A DNA stretch of 64,000 bases from Azolla caroliniana (lineage: Eukaryota; Plantae; Polypodiophyta): contig JBHGNT010000148.1 in assembly GCA_043228905.1 (NCBI GenBank), positions 982 through 64,981 on the forward strand, given 5' to 3'. This document shows, piece after piece, positions 51,529 through 64,000 of this stretch. The notes beneath the pieces are model-generated. The model worked only from the letters and a program-made list of their open reading frames with translations. It had not been told where the DNA came from and searched no databases. The translations under genes were made by a program, and so were the position numbers. How positions within the stretch are numbered: the first letter of the stretch is position 1; every line of letters begins with the position of its first letter.

Positions 51529-53754
51529 TGATAACCAAATGGGTCGGCAACAACAGAACTTCAAGCACAAGAGAGAAAAAAAAGAGAACTAAAAGGGACA
51601 CGAGATGTTAACGTGGAAAACCCTAAATGGGAAAAACCACGGGAGCCCACAAACCCCAAACAAAATCACTATATCGAGAAGGAGTACAAGAGACTCGTAG
51701 GCAACAACCTCGAGCTTGTCTTCATCTAACCGACAGTTACTAGCACACACACTCTCTCTCTTTCCTTGCTCGAGTTCTTAACACTATACAAACACAGTCA
51801 ACTGTATAATAACCTCTCTCACACAAACTAATGTTAGCCCTAAGTGTATTTATACTTATACACTTCTAAGGGTTATTTACAAATATAGCCTCTAATCGGT
51901 TATGGCTCAATCGGGTTTCCGAATACTTTTTGGATCCGGATTCCGGATGCATGTTGGATGTCTTCTGGCCAATCTGGATCCGGCTATCCAATGTGTCCCA
52001 TCCGGAAGGACTTGAATCCCAACAAACTCCCCCTTCACTCCGGTATGGGAAGATCCATCAGACCTGCTCGTTGTCAGCATGCTTTTAACTTGTCCATCAA
52101 CAACACCTTGGTCAACATGTCTGATCCGTTGTCATTCGTGTGGATCTTCACTAGTTCCAAATCCCTTTCTTCTACCCTCTCTCTAAGCCAATGATATTTT
52201 CGGTGGATGTGCTTGGTTCTCGAGTGGTAGGCGACATTCTTTGCAATGTGGATGGCACTTTGATTGTCATAATGGAGTCAGAATTGCTCTTGCCGCTTTC
52301 CCAACTCACTAATGAAATCTCTCATCCATATCATTTCGTTGCTAGCTTCGACGACGGCCATGTACTCCGCTTCCGTGGTCAACAAAGCCACAACCTTCTG
52401 CAACTTTGATTGCCACAAGGTAGCCCCCCCTACATAGGTCATCACGCATTTGGATGTGGAGCGACTGGTATCAACATCAACTGACATGTCGGAGTTCGTG
52501 AAGACTTCGAACACGGGGTTACCTGAGCCGTATCGTAAGCATACTCCTGAGGTGCCTTTTAGGTATCGAAGTATCCACTTGACCGCAATCCAATGTTCCT
52601 TGCCATGATTGCTCACGAAGCAGCTGACCAATCCCACAACATAGGCGACGTCCGGTCTGGGCACACCATTGCGTACATTAGGCTTTCAACTATTGAGGCA
52701 TACAATATCTTATTCATCTGCTATTCGGAAGGGATCCCAATAGTAGCAATGCCAATACCTCATCGGCTAGAGGTACTAGCAGAGAGGTGATCTGGTTTAT
52801 TAGTCCTTGAAAGGTGTTCAGGTGCTCAACCATGCTTGAGTCATCCCGATACCTCAGTCTCACTATCTTTCTGAAGATTGAGGCTTTGTTTACGGCGTTC
52901 TTGTTCTCGAACATGAACTCGATCTTCTTCCACGAGACTTCAACATTTGTCTCCTTGTCAAAGTTGTTGTATAGACTCATGTCTATAAAACACCTTATGT
53001 ATGTCATTGCCTTCAGATGCATGACTTCCCAAGTAGATGCATCGATCTTGTCAGGCTTGTTCTTGCCGTATTGCACCAACAACCATAAGTCTTTACATAC
53101 AAGCATATCCCTCATCTTCGACTTTCAGATAGAGTAGTTGGAGCCGATTAGCTTGAACATTCAACCAAATGAGTCGTCCATATTCCTTCGCTCTGATAAC
53201 AGTTTGATAGCTAAATGGGTCGGCCACAACCGAACTTCAAGCACAAGAGGGGGAAAAAAGAGAATTAAAACACAGAGACACGAGATGTTAACATGGAAAA
53301 CCCTAAAAAGGAAAAACCACAGGAGCCCATAGACCCCAAACAGAATCACTATATCGAGAAGGAGTACAAGAGACTCGTCAGCAACAACCTCGAGCTCGTC
53401 TTCATCTAACCGACGGTTACTGCCACACATTCACTCACTCTTTCCTTGCTCGTGTTCTAAACACCTTACAAACACACAGTCAACTGTATAATAACCTCTC
53501 TCACAAAAACTAACGCTAGCCCTAAGTGTATTTATACTTATACACTTGTAAGGGTTATTTACATATATAGCCTCTAATCGGTTATGGCTCAATTGGGTTT
53601 CTGGATGCTTAGGATATAAGTCCCTTCGGATGGGACGCGTTGGACAGCCGGATCCAGATTCTGGATGCTTGCTGGATGTCTTCCGACCGATCCGGTTCCT
53701 CATCCAGATCTGACTGTCCAACGTGTCCCATCCAGAGGGACTTGTATCCCAACA
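51529..53754 (-). mobile_element. Internally deleted (non-autonomous) Ty1/copia LTR retrotransposon
   Basis: TG...CA LTRs at 51529-52024 and 53205-53754; TSD tttaa on both sides; PPT aagggggagtt at about 52025-52035; Met-i-type PBS tgttatcagagc at about 53190-53201. Internal region is only gag N-terminus joined near 52720 to RT end and RNase H (RPDVAYVVG, KWILRYLKGT, TTEAEY). Confidence 0.95.
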
Positions 53755-55386
53755 TTTAACTAGTCATACAATTGTAGATAATGTGTATTTGATTCAAATA
53801 GTATGAATGATAGATAACACTAGCTTGGAAATGCAATTGATTGTGACGGGATTCAATTCCATGAGCTTTGGATTCACTATCCAACACATTTTGCTATGTA
53901 GCTTCGTGAATGGTGTATGAAAAGACAGTGGGGAGTTGCCACAAGAGGATGATGCAACAAAACACAATTACCACAAGTGTTATCATACACAAAATTTAGA
54001 ATGTATAGTTGGTTGTGGAATGATATTCAAGAAAAGGAATGGACGCAATGACATACAACACAAGCGAATGATGGTTCTACAATAATATCTCCTATGATGC
54101 ATTCAACCCCATGAAATATGGATATGTGTACAACACAATAATCTACGTGAACTTTCTATTCATATAGAGCATCTAGATTCAATGTCTTAAAGAAGTTATG
54201 GCAACCACCCACAATCAATTGATCCCACTCTTCTCACTCTCTTTAGATTCCCTTGTAGTTAGAACTTGGGGTTTACTATTCTACCCCACATTGTAAGCAT
54301 TAAAGCGCCACACTCCTATCTTGGCCTCACACTTCTTGGGGACGTACTAATTGTGTTTTGGATAGTCATGTTCTATTGTGTTTTCAGGGTATCTTTGGTT
54401 TGTGTTTGAGTTGGGTGAGGGTTAGGGTTAGGGCCTCCTTATCATGAGTATTAAGTTGAGCAATTTGATGCTTTCATCTATGTTAATCATGGGGTGACGA
54501 CTTATTTCATGCATAGTGTGCGTGCACCTAAAGTTTTTGGTTGATTGATTTTCACATAATACATTGCACCCTTCAAGGTTGTTTTGGAGTAGCTTTGTTG
54601 ACCGTTCCGTTAAATGTTGACCATTCTGTTTAAATGATGGGATATTTTCTAATACTAGAAACATATAACAAATGACGTGATTGGTTTTATTAAGAATGAA
54701 AGCCCATAGAAAAGGATAAATTAGTCAATGATGTAAAAAGGATTCAAAGGGCAGAATAAACATTAAGTGCGATATAGCTAGATAGGCTAGCGAGTGATGG
54801 AAGCACAATCACACATGTATATGAAAGATAGGCAATCAATCAATTCTAGAGAGAGAAGTATCAACAAAATAAAACATATCTAAGCTTAGGAGAATAAGAA
54901 TATACGTGATCAATGTCGATGCATAAACCTTTTAACCAAGCCTACTCTATCGACTTTTTCTTTCCCTCTTAACTCTTCTAGTTTAAAGTGTCATTAAATT
55001 AAGTATATATGAAACCATCTTTGAGTTCATTAAGTCATTAAAACAACATAGAGAGATGTTCCTCTATTGGTTAATATGACATCTTCTTATGTGTTGAGAA
55101 TCAAGCTCAACTTGGTCTAGTGTGTGAACTCACCTTGAGAGTGAAGAGACACTCCAACAGTCAAGAGTCACCATTATGTCACCACTTTGTATTCTAGCAT
55201 TTAGTATGAGTCATAGAATCATATTCTATGACACATAACTTATGAGCTTTCACATTCCCCATGCTCCATGAGTCTTGTAGTTAATGAAGAGAGAGGATGA
55301 CTACATAAAGCACCCTCCTCCCACCTTGTAAAATGTTGAGTCTTTCTCCTTTGTCAATATACTTTTACCTTGTGTATTCTCTGTGT

Positions 55387-55424
<38 letters not shown>

Positions 55425-55793
55425 CACACACATAACTCACATCTCTTCCGCTTCACAAGAATCCATCTCTTCATTCTTTACATTGTGCATTGAAATCACC
55501 TTTTACTACCCCCATAAATCTAATGAGATTGAAGCCGGCCACAACCGGTTATACTCTAGTGTTTACTGGTGTAGAGATTTGAACAAACAAAAAAACGGGA
55601 AGCAAAATACACACATTCAGTAACACAAGATGTTTTACGTGGAAACCCTAACAAGGGAAAACCACGGGAGTCTACGAACTACAAACTCTTCCACTATGCA
55701 AGAGGAAATACATAGAGACTCGAAAGCAACAACCTTGAGCTCATCTTCTTCGCCTGATGGCGGTTATAGTGGAGATGCGACAAAACACACACA

Positions 55794-55838
<45 letters not shown>

Positions 55839-55889
55839 TGAAAACACACAATTATATTAATAAATGTGTGTAAAAAACACTACTTACAA

Positions 55890-56519
55890 TGGGTGTGACA
55901 ATGGAATATGGTCACCCACTAACTACACTACATGGGTAATGGAACATGTTGAATTGCCAATAGCCAAGACGAACACTCTATCGAAGAAAGAATTTCCACT
56001 TGCTCCAATAAAGAAAATTGCCACATTAGTACTCCCTTCAATTTTCGTAGATATGCTTTCACTCCATGTCTACCATCGAATACAAAAGCGTTATGCATAT
56101 TCCAATTATGACGCAATCCCCAATATCTCAAAAATAGAAAAACGATCTCCATCTCAGATTTTGGGTCAACCTGTGTAAATTGTGCAAACACCCACTGTCT
56201 AGATGTCAAATAACATCGTGATAAGACTTGCCAAATTTGAGAAATGTAACTCCAAATCTGACAAGCAATCAGACATTGTATAAATCGATGAGTATTATCT
56301 TCCATTTGAACAATGCAAAAGATGCAATTACTCGTTGCTAGTCCATGCTGCTCTAGAGCTAATCCCAAAGGCAATCCTCCAATCAAAACTCTCCAAATGA
56401 AGACTTTTGCCACGAGTGGCAATTTAGAATGCCAACTACGTTGTAAGATTTGCCACAACCCATGATTGGATTTGTGTATTCTCCATTCTTCTTTACCCTT
56501 AGGTGATAACCATCCAAGA
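55890..56519 (-). mobile_element. LINE ORF2 zf-RVT segment embedded in the copia element
   Basis: KVFIWRVLIGGLP...CIFCIVQMEDNTHRFIQC...WGLRHNWNMHN; replaces the copia RNase H end, PPT and part of the 3' LTR. Confidence 0.85.
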
Positions 56520-59500
56520 GATTGCCACGAGATGGCTCCCCCTACATAAGTCATTACATACCCCGACGTGGACCGGTTGGTGTATACATCAGCCGACATG
56601 TCGCAGTCGGTAAAACCTTCTAATATGGGATTACCTTAGCCGAATTGGAGGCACACACTCGAGGTGTCTTTAAGGTACTGAAGTATCCACTTCACTGTTG
56701 CCCAATGCTCTATGCCCCGATTGCTCATGAATCGGTTGACGAGTCCGACATCATATCCGATGTCCGGCCTAGTGGAAACCATCGCATACATAAGGCTTCT
56801 GACTGTGGAGGTGTAAGGTACCTTCTTCGACTTTGGACTTTGTCTACCGAAAAATTAGCTATTTGTCGACAATGTCCACTCTTCGTGTTTTGCATGTTAA
56901 ACCTCTGGAACACTTTTGTCACGTACTTTTCTTGTGACAACCACAATAGTCTCTTTGTCTAATCAAGGACAATGTGCATCCCCAGGACATGCCTTGCCGG
57001 ACCCATATCCTTCATTGAGAATGACTTCCTCAAGGCCTTCTTCAGCATTCAGATCTTGATATGGTCTCGTCCGACTATCAGCATGTCGTCTACGTACAAC
57101 AGGAGTATGAGGAATGCTCCTCCATCGAACTTCTTCACGAACACACAGTGGTCGGCCTGCGCCTTGTGGTATCCTTGGTTGGCCATGAAGGATTCGAACT
57201 TCCAGTACCACTACCAAGGAGGGAGCCTACTTCATTCTGTAAAGGCTTTTCCTCAACCGACACACCAGGTTCTCCTTTCCTTTTTCGACAAATACTATTG
57301 ATTGTTGCATATAGATTTCCTCTTCAAGGTCTCCATGTAGGAACGTCGTTTTGACATCCACTTGTTCGACTTCAAGGTCCATGTTGGCCACTATGCTCAG
57401 CACCGTTCAGATGGATGTCATCTTTACTACTGGGGCAAAAATCTCATCGAAATCCACTCCCTTCTTTTGTTGGAAGCCTTTCACGACAATTCGGGCCTTA
57501 TACCTTGGTGGATTTCCGCCATCTCCTAGTTTCAGTTTATACAACCATTTATTCTGGAGTGACCTCTTTAATTTCGGCAACTCCGTCAGCTTGTATGTGT
57601 GGTTCTCATGTAAGAAATCCATCTCCTCTTGCATTGCACTTAACCACTTACGGTTGTGGGTGCCCCTCTTTGCTTCCTCGAAGCTTTCCGGCTCCCCCTC
57701 GCCGGTTAGCAACATATATTCTTTATCCAAGAATCTCTGGGGGGCACATCTTTCTCTCAAAGGGTATCGTCTTCCTATGTTTAGGGCACATCTTTCTCAA
57801 CCGGCTTGTTAGGACCTTCCTCTTCTCCTTCGGTTAGTTCTTCGTCTAGGTCGAAGTTGACTACTTCTTCTTCCTCATCGGATCCGATTCTGACTCCCAA
57901 CTAGCCTCTGACCGACCCGACTCTCGGTCCGACTTCGATCGGCTCTCCATGTTCTTCAATCGACTTTCAACTTCCAACTGTTTAGGAGGATGTATCTAAC
58001 TTCTCTTTCTCCTAGTAGACAATAGTCTTCTCCTCCATGAAGGCTATGTCTCGACTCCGAATGACCTTCTTGTCGGCTAAGTCCCACAACCGATAGCCGA
58101 ACTTGTTATTGTCGTATCCAAGAAATATACATGGTCGATTCTTCGTATGTAGTTTTCCCCTCTACTCCTTTGCCACATGCATGTAGGCAAGACAACCAAA
58201 CACTCTGATGTCGGTAGGAGACGTCTTTGCCGGTCCACAGCCTTTGTGGAATATCTTCGTCCGAGGGCACTGAGGGTGATATGTTTATCACGTACACTGT
58301 CGTCATCACTGCCTCAGCCTAGAAAGTCTTGGACAACTTGGCATGTGCCAACATACTTTGGACCCTCTCCATAATGGTTCGGTTCATCATCTCGGCCAGT
58401 CCGTTGAGTTTTGGCGTCTTCGGCACAGTGTATTCGAGTCGGATTCCCTTCGACTAACAGTACTCTTCGAACTACCCTCAGTATTCACCTCCATTGTCCA
58501 CTCGAACCACTTTCAGCTTCCAGCCGGTCTCTCTTTCGGCTTTCGCTTGGAACTCCTTGACGTTCTTGGTCTTCAATACCGAAGCCCACAACTTCCAACT
58601 ATAGTCATCAATGAAGGTCACAGAATATTGTGAACCAACATGTGACTTGATGTCAACATAGCATACGTTGATATGCATGAGTTCCAGCAGCATTCTCTTC
58701 CTTGTTGGGGGCCTAGTTCGGAAGGAGGTTCTGTTATGCTTTCCAGCCAAGCAATTAGTGCATTTCTCAAGTTGCACGTTCTTCACCTCCAGGATGAGGT
58801 TATCGTCGGCAAGTCTTTGCATCCCCTTCTCACTCATGTGACACAATCTCATGTGCCACAGCTCACCGACTGTGTCAGCTGCCACATTCACTTCTTCCCG
58901 ACATATTCGAGCATGCATTAGGTACAATGTGTTGGTCTTCCAAGCTTGGGTCACAATCGAGCTCCCTTTGTTGAACTTTAGGATGTCATTCCAGATGCTA
59001 CCCGTGTAGCCTTCATAATCCAGCCGACCGGCTGATATTAGATTCAATCTAACTTCCAAAATGTGTCGGACATCCTTCAACACTAATCTGCACTCGGTTG
59101 AGGTTACCAAACACACTTCTCCTATGTCGACAATTTGGCATGCTACTTCATTCCCCATCTTCACAAAGTCGTGGTCTCTAGCTCTATATGATGAGAAGCA
59201 CTTTCGGTCGGGGGTCAGGTGAAACGACACTCCGGAGTTGACCACCCATGTCGATTCACCACTGACAAGATTCGCTTCCTTCTACTCACTAATCAGCAAT
59301 AGCTCCTCCTCACTTGTCACGATTGCCGAGGTGTTCATTTTGTCCAGAATCTTCTTCGGCTGAACACCATCGGTTCCCCCTTTGTATTTCCGATAGTGTC
59401 GGCAATTTTTCTGGAAGTGCCCCGACTTCCCACAATAAAAGCACGTGGGCCTCCCCCTTGACTTCGACCTAGTCTCCGACTTCCCGGTTTTGGGGACCTC

Positions 59501-60360
59501 TGTTGGACCGGCCTCTTCCCCAATTCGTGTCATCTTCCATGACTAAGGCCTTTGGATTGGAAATTGCCTCTGTGTCCTCCTGATGAGCTTCCTTGTTCAG
59601 CAATCTCGACTTCACCTTCTCCAAGGATAAGTGTTTCCCTTCCAATCCGGCATTACCCAATGTGACAACAAGTGTCTCCCAGCTATCCGCAAAGGATCCC
59701 AACAATAATAATGTTAGTACCTCGTCGGCTAGAGGTACTTCCAGAGAGGTGGTTTGGTTTATCAGCCCTTGGAATGCATTTAGATGCTCCACCATGTTGG
59801 AGCCATCTTGATACCATAGTCTCACTATTTTCCGGAACACTAAGACTCTGTTAACAACATTTTTGTTCTCGAACATAATGCCGATCTTCTCCCAAAGGAC
59901 ATCCGCCTTGTTCTCCTCATTGAAGTTGTTGTATAGAATCATGTCTATAAAACATCTGATGTATGTTGCCGCCTTCAGATGCGTGAGTTCCCAAGTCGAT
60001 GCATCAATCTTGTCAAGCTTGGTGTTGTCGTATTCCACCGGCAACCATAAATCTTTGCACGCCAACATGTCCCTCATCTTCAACTTGCACACAGAATAGC
60101 TGGAGCCGGTAAGTTTGAACATATGCCGCCAAATGAGTCTTCCATCACTCTAATACCAGTTTGATGAGATCGAAGCCGGTCACAACCGGTTATACTCTAG
60201 TATGTACTGGTGCAATTATTTGAACAAACAGAAAAACAGGAAGCAAAATTCACAAGATGTTTTACGTGGAAACCCTAACGGGGGAAAACCACGGGAGTCC
60301 ACGAACTCCGAACTCTTCCAATGTGCAATAATAGGAAATACAAAAAGACTCGCAAGTAAC

Positions 60361-60740
60361 AAGTGCATCTCTTTATCACAGATTTCCTGGCCGAAGGTTT
60401 GGTAAACACTTTAGGATATTTGGACAAATTCCTTGCACCCTATCTGACAATGCCTATTTTCTCCAATGGACACAATTTTGGGCACTTTGGACCATTTGGA
60501 CAGCCCACAATAATAAGGTCTTTGATCGAAACCAACTGCATGAAGTTAGCTTCTTTAAGCAATCCCTCAGGCAATCTCTATTTGATCGTCTACAACTTAG
60601 AGACATCACACTCCAAATTTACAACCTTTGCTTTGAGTGCTTTTAAGCTCTTTAGTGTCTAATCGACACTTTTATATTTTTCGTTATGATTTTCACCTCA
60701 CTTTGAGGTTTCCCACTAGTAATAAAAGTGTTACTAAAAA
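60361..60740 (+). mobile_element. Unclassified insertion of about 380 bp in the copia 5' LTR
   Basis: Absent from the partner LTR; flanked by ctcgcaagtaac (60349-60360) and ctcgcaagcaac (60748-60759); ends with aataaa and an A-run. Confidence 0.65.
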
Positions 60741-61040
60741 AAAAGGGCTCGCAAGCAACTACCTCAAGCTCGTCTTCTTCGCCTAATGACGGTTACAGTA
60801 GAGATGCAACAACACGCTCTCTCTCTCTCCCTCTCTCTCTCTTTGGTAAAAGCACACAATTATATTAATTGTATGTAAAATCCACTTAGTTACAACACTT
60901 CTTAGTCTCCACTACCTATCATATGCCTATGTAGGGAGAGGGACGTTCTGTAATGCTATTAAAAAACCTAAATATGCATTTGAGGAAATGATCCCCACAT
61001 TCTCTAACATCCAAAAATTCCACATGAGAATACCTTTAAG

Positions 61041-61079
<39 letters not shown>

Positions 61080-61786
61080 CACTTACAACAGTATGAACAT
61101 AATACCTAACATTTTGCCCTAGTTATATTTATACTTATATAACTTTGGGCTATTTACAAATCTAGCCTAAATAGCCGCAACACTAAACCTATTTCCATAT
61201 GTGGCCTCTTCTGGATGCCTATCCAAATTCGATATGGTCTCTCTTTTCCTTCAGATCCTGCTGATCTGGCTCATGCTCTCCTTCCCATCCAGAGGGACCT
61301 TGTTTCCCAACAAAATCCACACCTTAGTCGCCAAACACTTCATAGTCAAGGCAAACCATTCCTCATTCTCGACCTCTATAGTGCAAGTTGGCCTTTTGAA
61401 TCACTACACTTTAAAGCTCGATAGCCAACCCATGCTAGGTTTCGGATACTTTATACAACATTGGCAACAATAATACCATCTCAATAATGAAAATCACAAA
61501 ATCTATAAATGTGAGAGGCCAACAAACTGACTTAATGATCAAAAGGCTCCTCCATAGGCTTGCATATGTTCACCAAGTCCTATTGTTGAAAGATATTTCA
61601 CACTTCAATGGTATTCTTGAGCATCACAAGAGTTCCTTAAAACAACTGTAAACAATATCCAAAGTTTACATCTACCTCCCTAAACCTCTTCCCATCGACG
61701 AACAATCCCAACACCCATCTCTGACCCAAGTGATCTAATCTCATAGACATGCACCTAGGCTTGCGTAGTCATTAAGTCAGGGGTAT

Positions 61787-63600
61787 GTTAACAAATTTCA
61801 TACAAAAAGACATGGTTAAAGTTCAAAAGACCAATGTGGTTTGGTTGTATATTGAGACATTAATTGATTAAAACCAATTAGCTCATTGATTAAGTGACAT
61901 TTAGCTCATTTGGTTGTATTTGGAGGTTAGATTTGTAGTTTACTCATTCATTCTCATTGTTCATTCGTAGACTAGGAGTGGTTTGACACCCCTCTCATAA
62001 ATGTTGTCTTGATTCCCATATATCTTAGTTCTAGGATAGTTAGGTTGAGCTTCTAAAATGTGAGGTGAGGAACTAAACTTTCAGACAATGACATTTTATT
62101 TGATGATGGGTGTTTATATTTTTGAGGTAGATATTCGACCCGTGGCTCTCTATTGGCTAGACATTTTGGAGTGATCGTGTCTTGAATCATTCATCGAGGG
62201 AGGTCACGTGATGGAATTGAGCTTGAGCACACACATAGGTGAAGATTAAATGATCATGTTCATTGGCAAATTGAAAGGATTATTCTGAGACGAACTATCT
62301 AGATTGCCGAATGAATTTATTAGCTTGGTACTAAGCAAGAATATGAATTCCATGTTTTATTAGCACATGTTAAACTCAAAAAAAGAAAATGTATCCATTG
62401 GGCAACAATGGTATCAACTGAGCTTCGATTGTGTGAAAATGGTCAAAGAAAAAGTTGATACCTTGTTGCAAGTAATACTCATACAATCGATAAGATAAGC
62501 AATGTGGATGTCACCCATTGTGTAGTCTCATGGGAAAACAACAAAATAAGAGCATGTTGATTTAGTGGAAGTTGGATATGGTGTGGGAATGGTCTCCAAA
62601 TTTAGGGGCATGTGTGAATAATGGAGGGATTCTTATCAATATGAGTTGTGCCATTCAATGTGTTAAGTGATTATTAAGTATTTGGGTATGTTTTTATGTT
62701 TTTATGTTTTTATGTTTTTATGTTTTTAATGATAACACTTGGCCATTGCAATGGGACATGACCAAAACCCATTTAACACTTGTTGCCGCAAATGGTTATT
62801 TTTCTATCACATGGCACCATGTAGCAAGATAAGTACTACATTGAAGACAATATCAAAGTGAATGGTGATTCAAATGTGAATTCGGCACATAACATGAATG
62901 GTGTCAAGGACAATGGTGGCAATGGTGGCAATGGTGGCCAGGATGACACTCAAGATGGTGGATCCATGGCAATTAAAATCAAATGGTTGGTTGCAAATGG
63001 AGATAGTGATCCAATGACAATGTTTATGGCAAACACAATGAAAATGGAATTAATAATGACAATGTTGATGGCAAACGCAATGACAAATAACGTTGGTCAA
63101 GATTTGAACTAAGTAGCATAAATAATCACAAAGAAGAAAGAAAGAAGAAGAAACTTTTGGTGTCGCCACCTGGAAACAAAGTGCGTATTCGGGCAACTTG
63201 GGTTGAAGAGTTGTGTGATTGGGCAACCATCTTGCACAGTTCGAAGAGCACAACACCAAGTGGCTAAGTTAGTAGGGAAGGATTGGCGACACATGAGTAA
63301 GCAAGTGGAATACCTATTACCAAGTGAAATATTTGTCATTTCAATTGGTGAGAGATGAAAGCATTGGGAAGTTTTTGGGCTTCCTTGTATCAATCAAAGG
63401 AGTGTCTCCAAGGACTATAACACAAACTCCATTGGCAAAGATGCATTGTGTGTGGATCATCACGAAAATTATTGGCAAAGTAACAACAATAAGTAGCCTC
63501 AATACAAAAATGAGTCATTGTGGATTGTCCTACTTCTCAACGCTCCCTCAAAATGACTCTATATTGACGGAGGTCTCTTATTAGAGGAATAACTTAGATA
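61787..63600 (+). mobile_element. Possible highly degenerate Ty3/gypsy remnant
   Basis: PBS-like tggtatca at about 62409, a low-complexity G/N/D-rich reading frame, and GKFLGFLVSIKG (about 63366-63401) resembling the post-YxDD RT motif of Tat/Ogre-type elements. Boundaries uncertain. Confidence 0.4.
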
Positions 63601-64000
63601 TGAGTCACTACTTCAATTATCGAAGATATGATAGTTGTTTTATATTAAAGCAATTGATTAAAAGGACTTAAATTTGTCTATGCTCTATATATACATATAC
63701 ATATACATATATATATACATATATATATATATATCATGGGGATACATCACTCAATTTTATCGGTCTTTGAGAAAACCTAAGTGCCATTGATAAATCGCAT
63801 GACCAAACGTGTGCAATGCATCAACAAACATTTCCGACCGATGCATAGATTAGATGAGTTGGGGGCAGACACAAGGTGGACTAATATGGAGTATGTGTTA
63901 TGTGTATGTATATAGCTGCTTGTGGATGGGGGAAGTGATCCAATGGACAACCTGAACGTCTAAGACCGTCCCTGCCGTACTCCGGCGTTGCTACCACTGC

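Larger units (their letters stand above)
55521..61312 (-). mobile_element. Degenerate near-full-length Ty1/copia element, related to 51529-53754
   Basis: TSD aaatc (55516-55520 and 61313-61317); 5' LTR 60162-61312; PBS tggtattagag at 60148-60158; gag, CCHC knuckle (CFYCGKSGHFQKNC), protease (VNSGVSFH), GAG-pre-integrase (LWHMRLCHMS), integrase (VRVDNGGEY), RT (YKARIVVKGF), start of RNase H. 3' LTR partial (55521-55889). Many stops and frameshifts. Confidence 0.93.

Noticed and set aside
62858-63112. G/N/D-rich 84-aa ORF as a possible small peptide gene
   Set aside because: Non-ATG start, low complexity, and embedded in a probable gypsy remnant.

Overview
AT-rich, intron-containing, microsatellite-rich land-plant nuclear DNA; the gene set and TE families suggest a non-seed vascular plant such as a fern (inference only). 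Six protein-coding genes can be reconstructed by hand: an intronless GT92/DUF23-like type II membrane glycosyltransferase (-), a 13-exon farnesyl diphosphate synthase (-), a 4-exon class III peroxidase (-), a 4-exon TPR-less LPA1/DUF3493 chloroplast protein with a GC-AG intron (+), an intronless BKI1/MAKR-family protein (+), and a 3-exon papain-like cysteine protease (+). Intergenic space holds several 5'-truncated L1-type LINEs (three with recognisable TSDs), two hAT-type MITEs with 8-bp TSDs, two related Ty1/copia elements (one internally deleted, one carrying a LINE segment fused in frame and an unknown insert in its LTR), and a weak Ty3/gypsy remnant. I cannot demonstrate a new multi-gene system. 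The best leads are the atypical intronless GT92-like gene, a 3'-terminal motif shared by divergent LINE families, the copia-LINE chimera, the BKI1-like gene, and a duplicated splice donor in an extra FPS intron.
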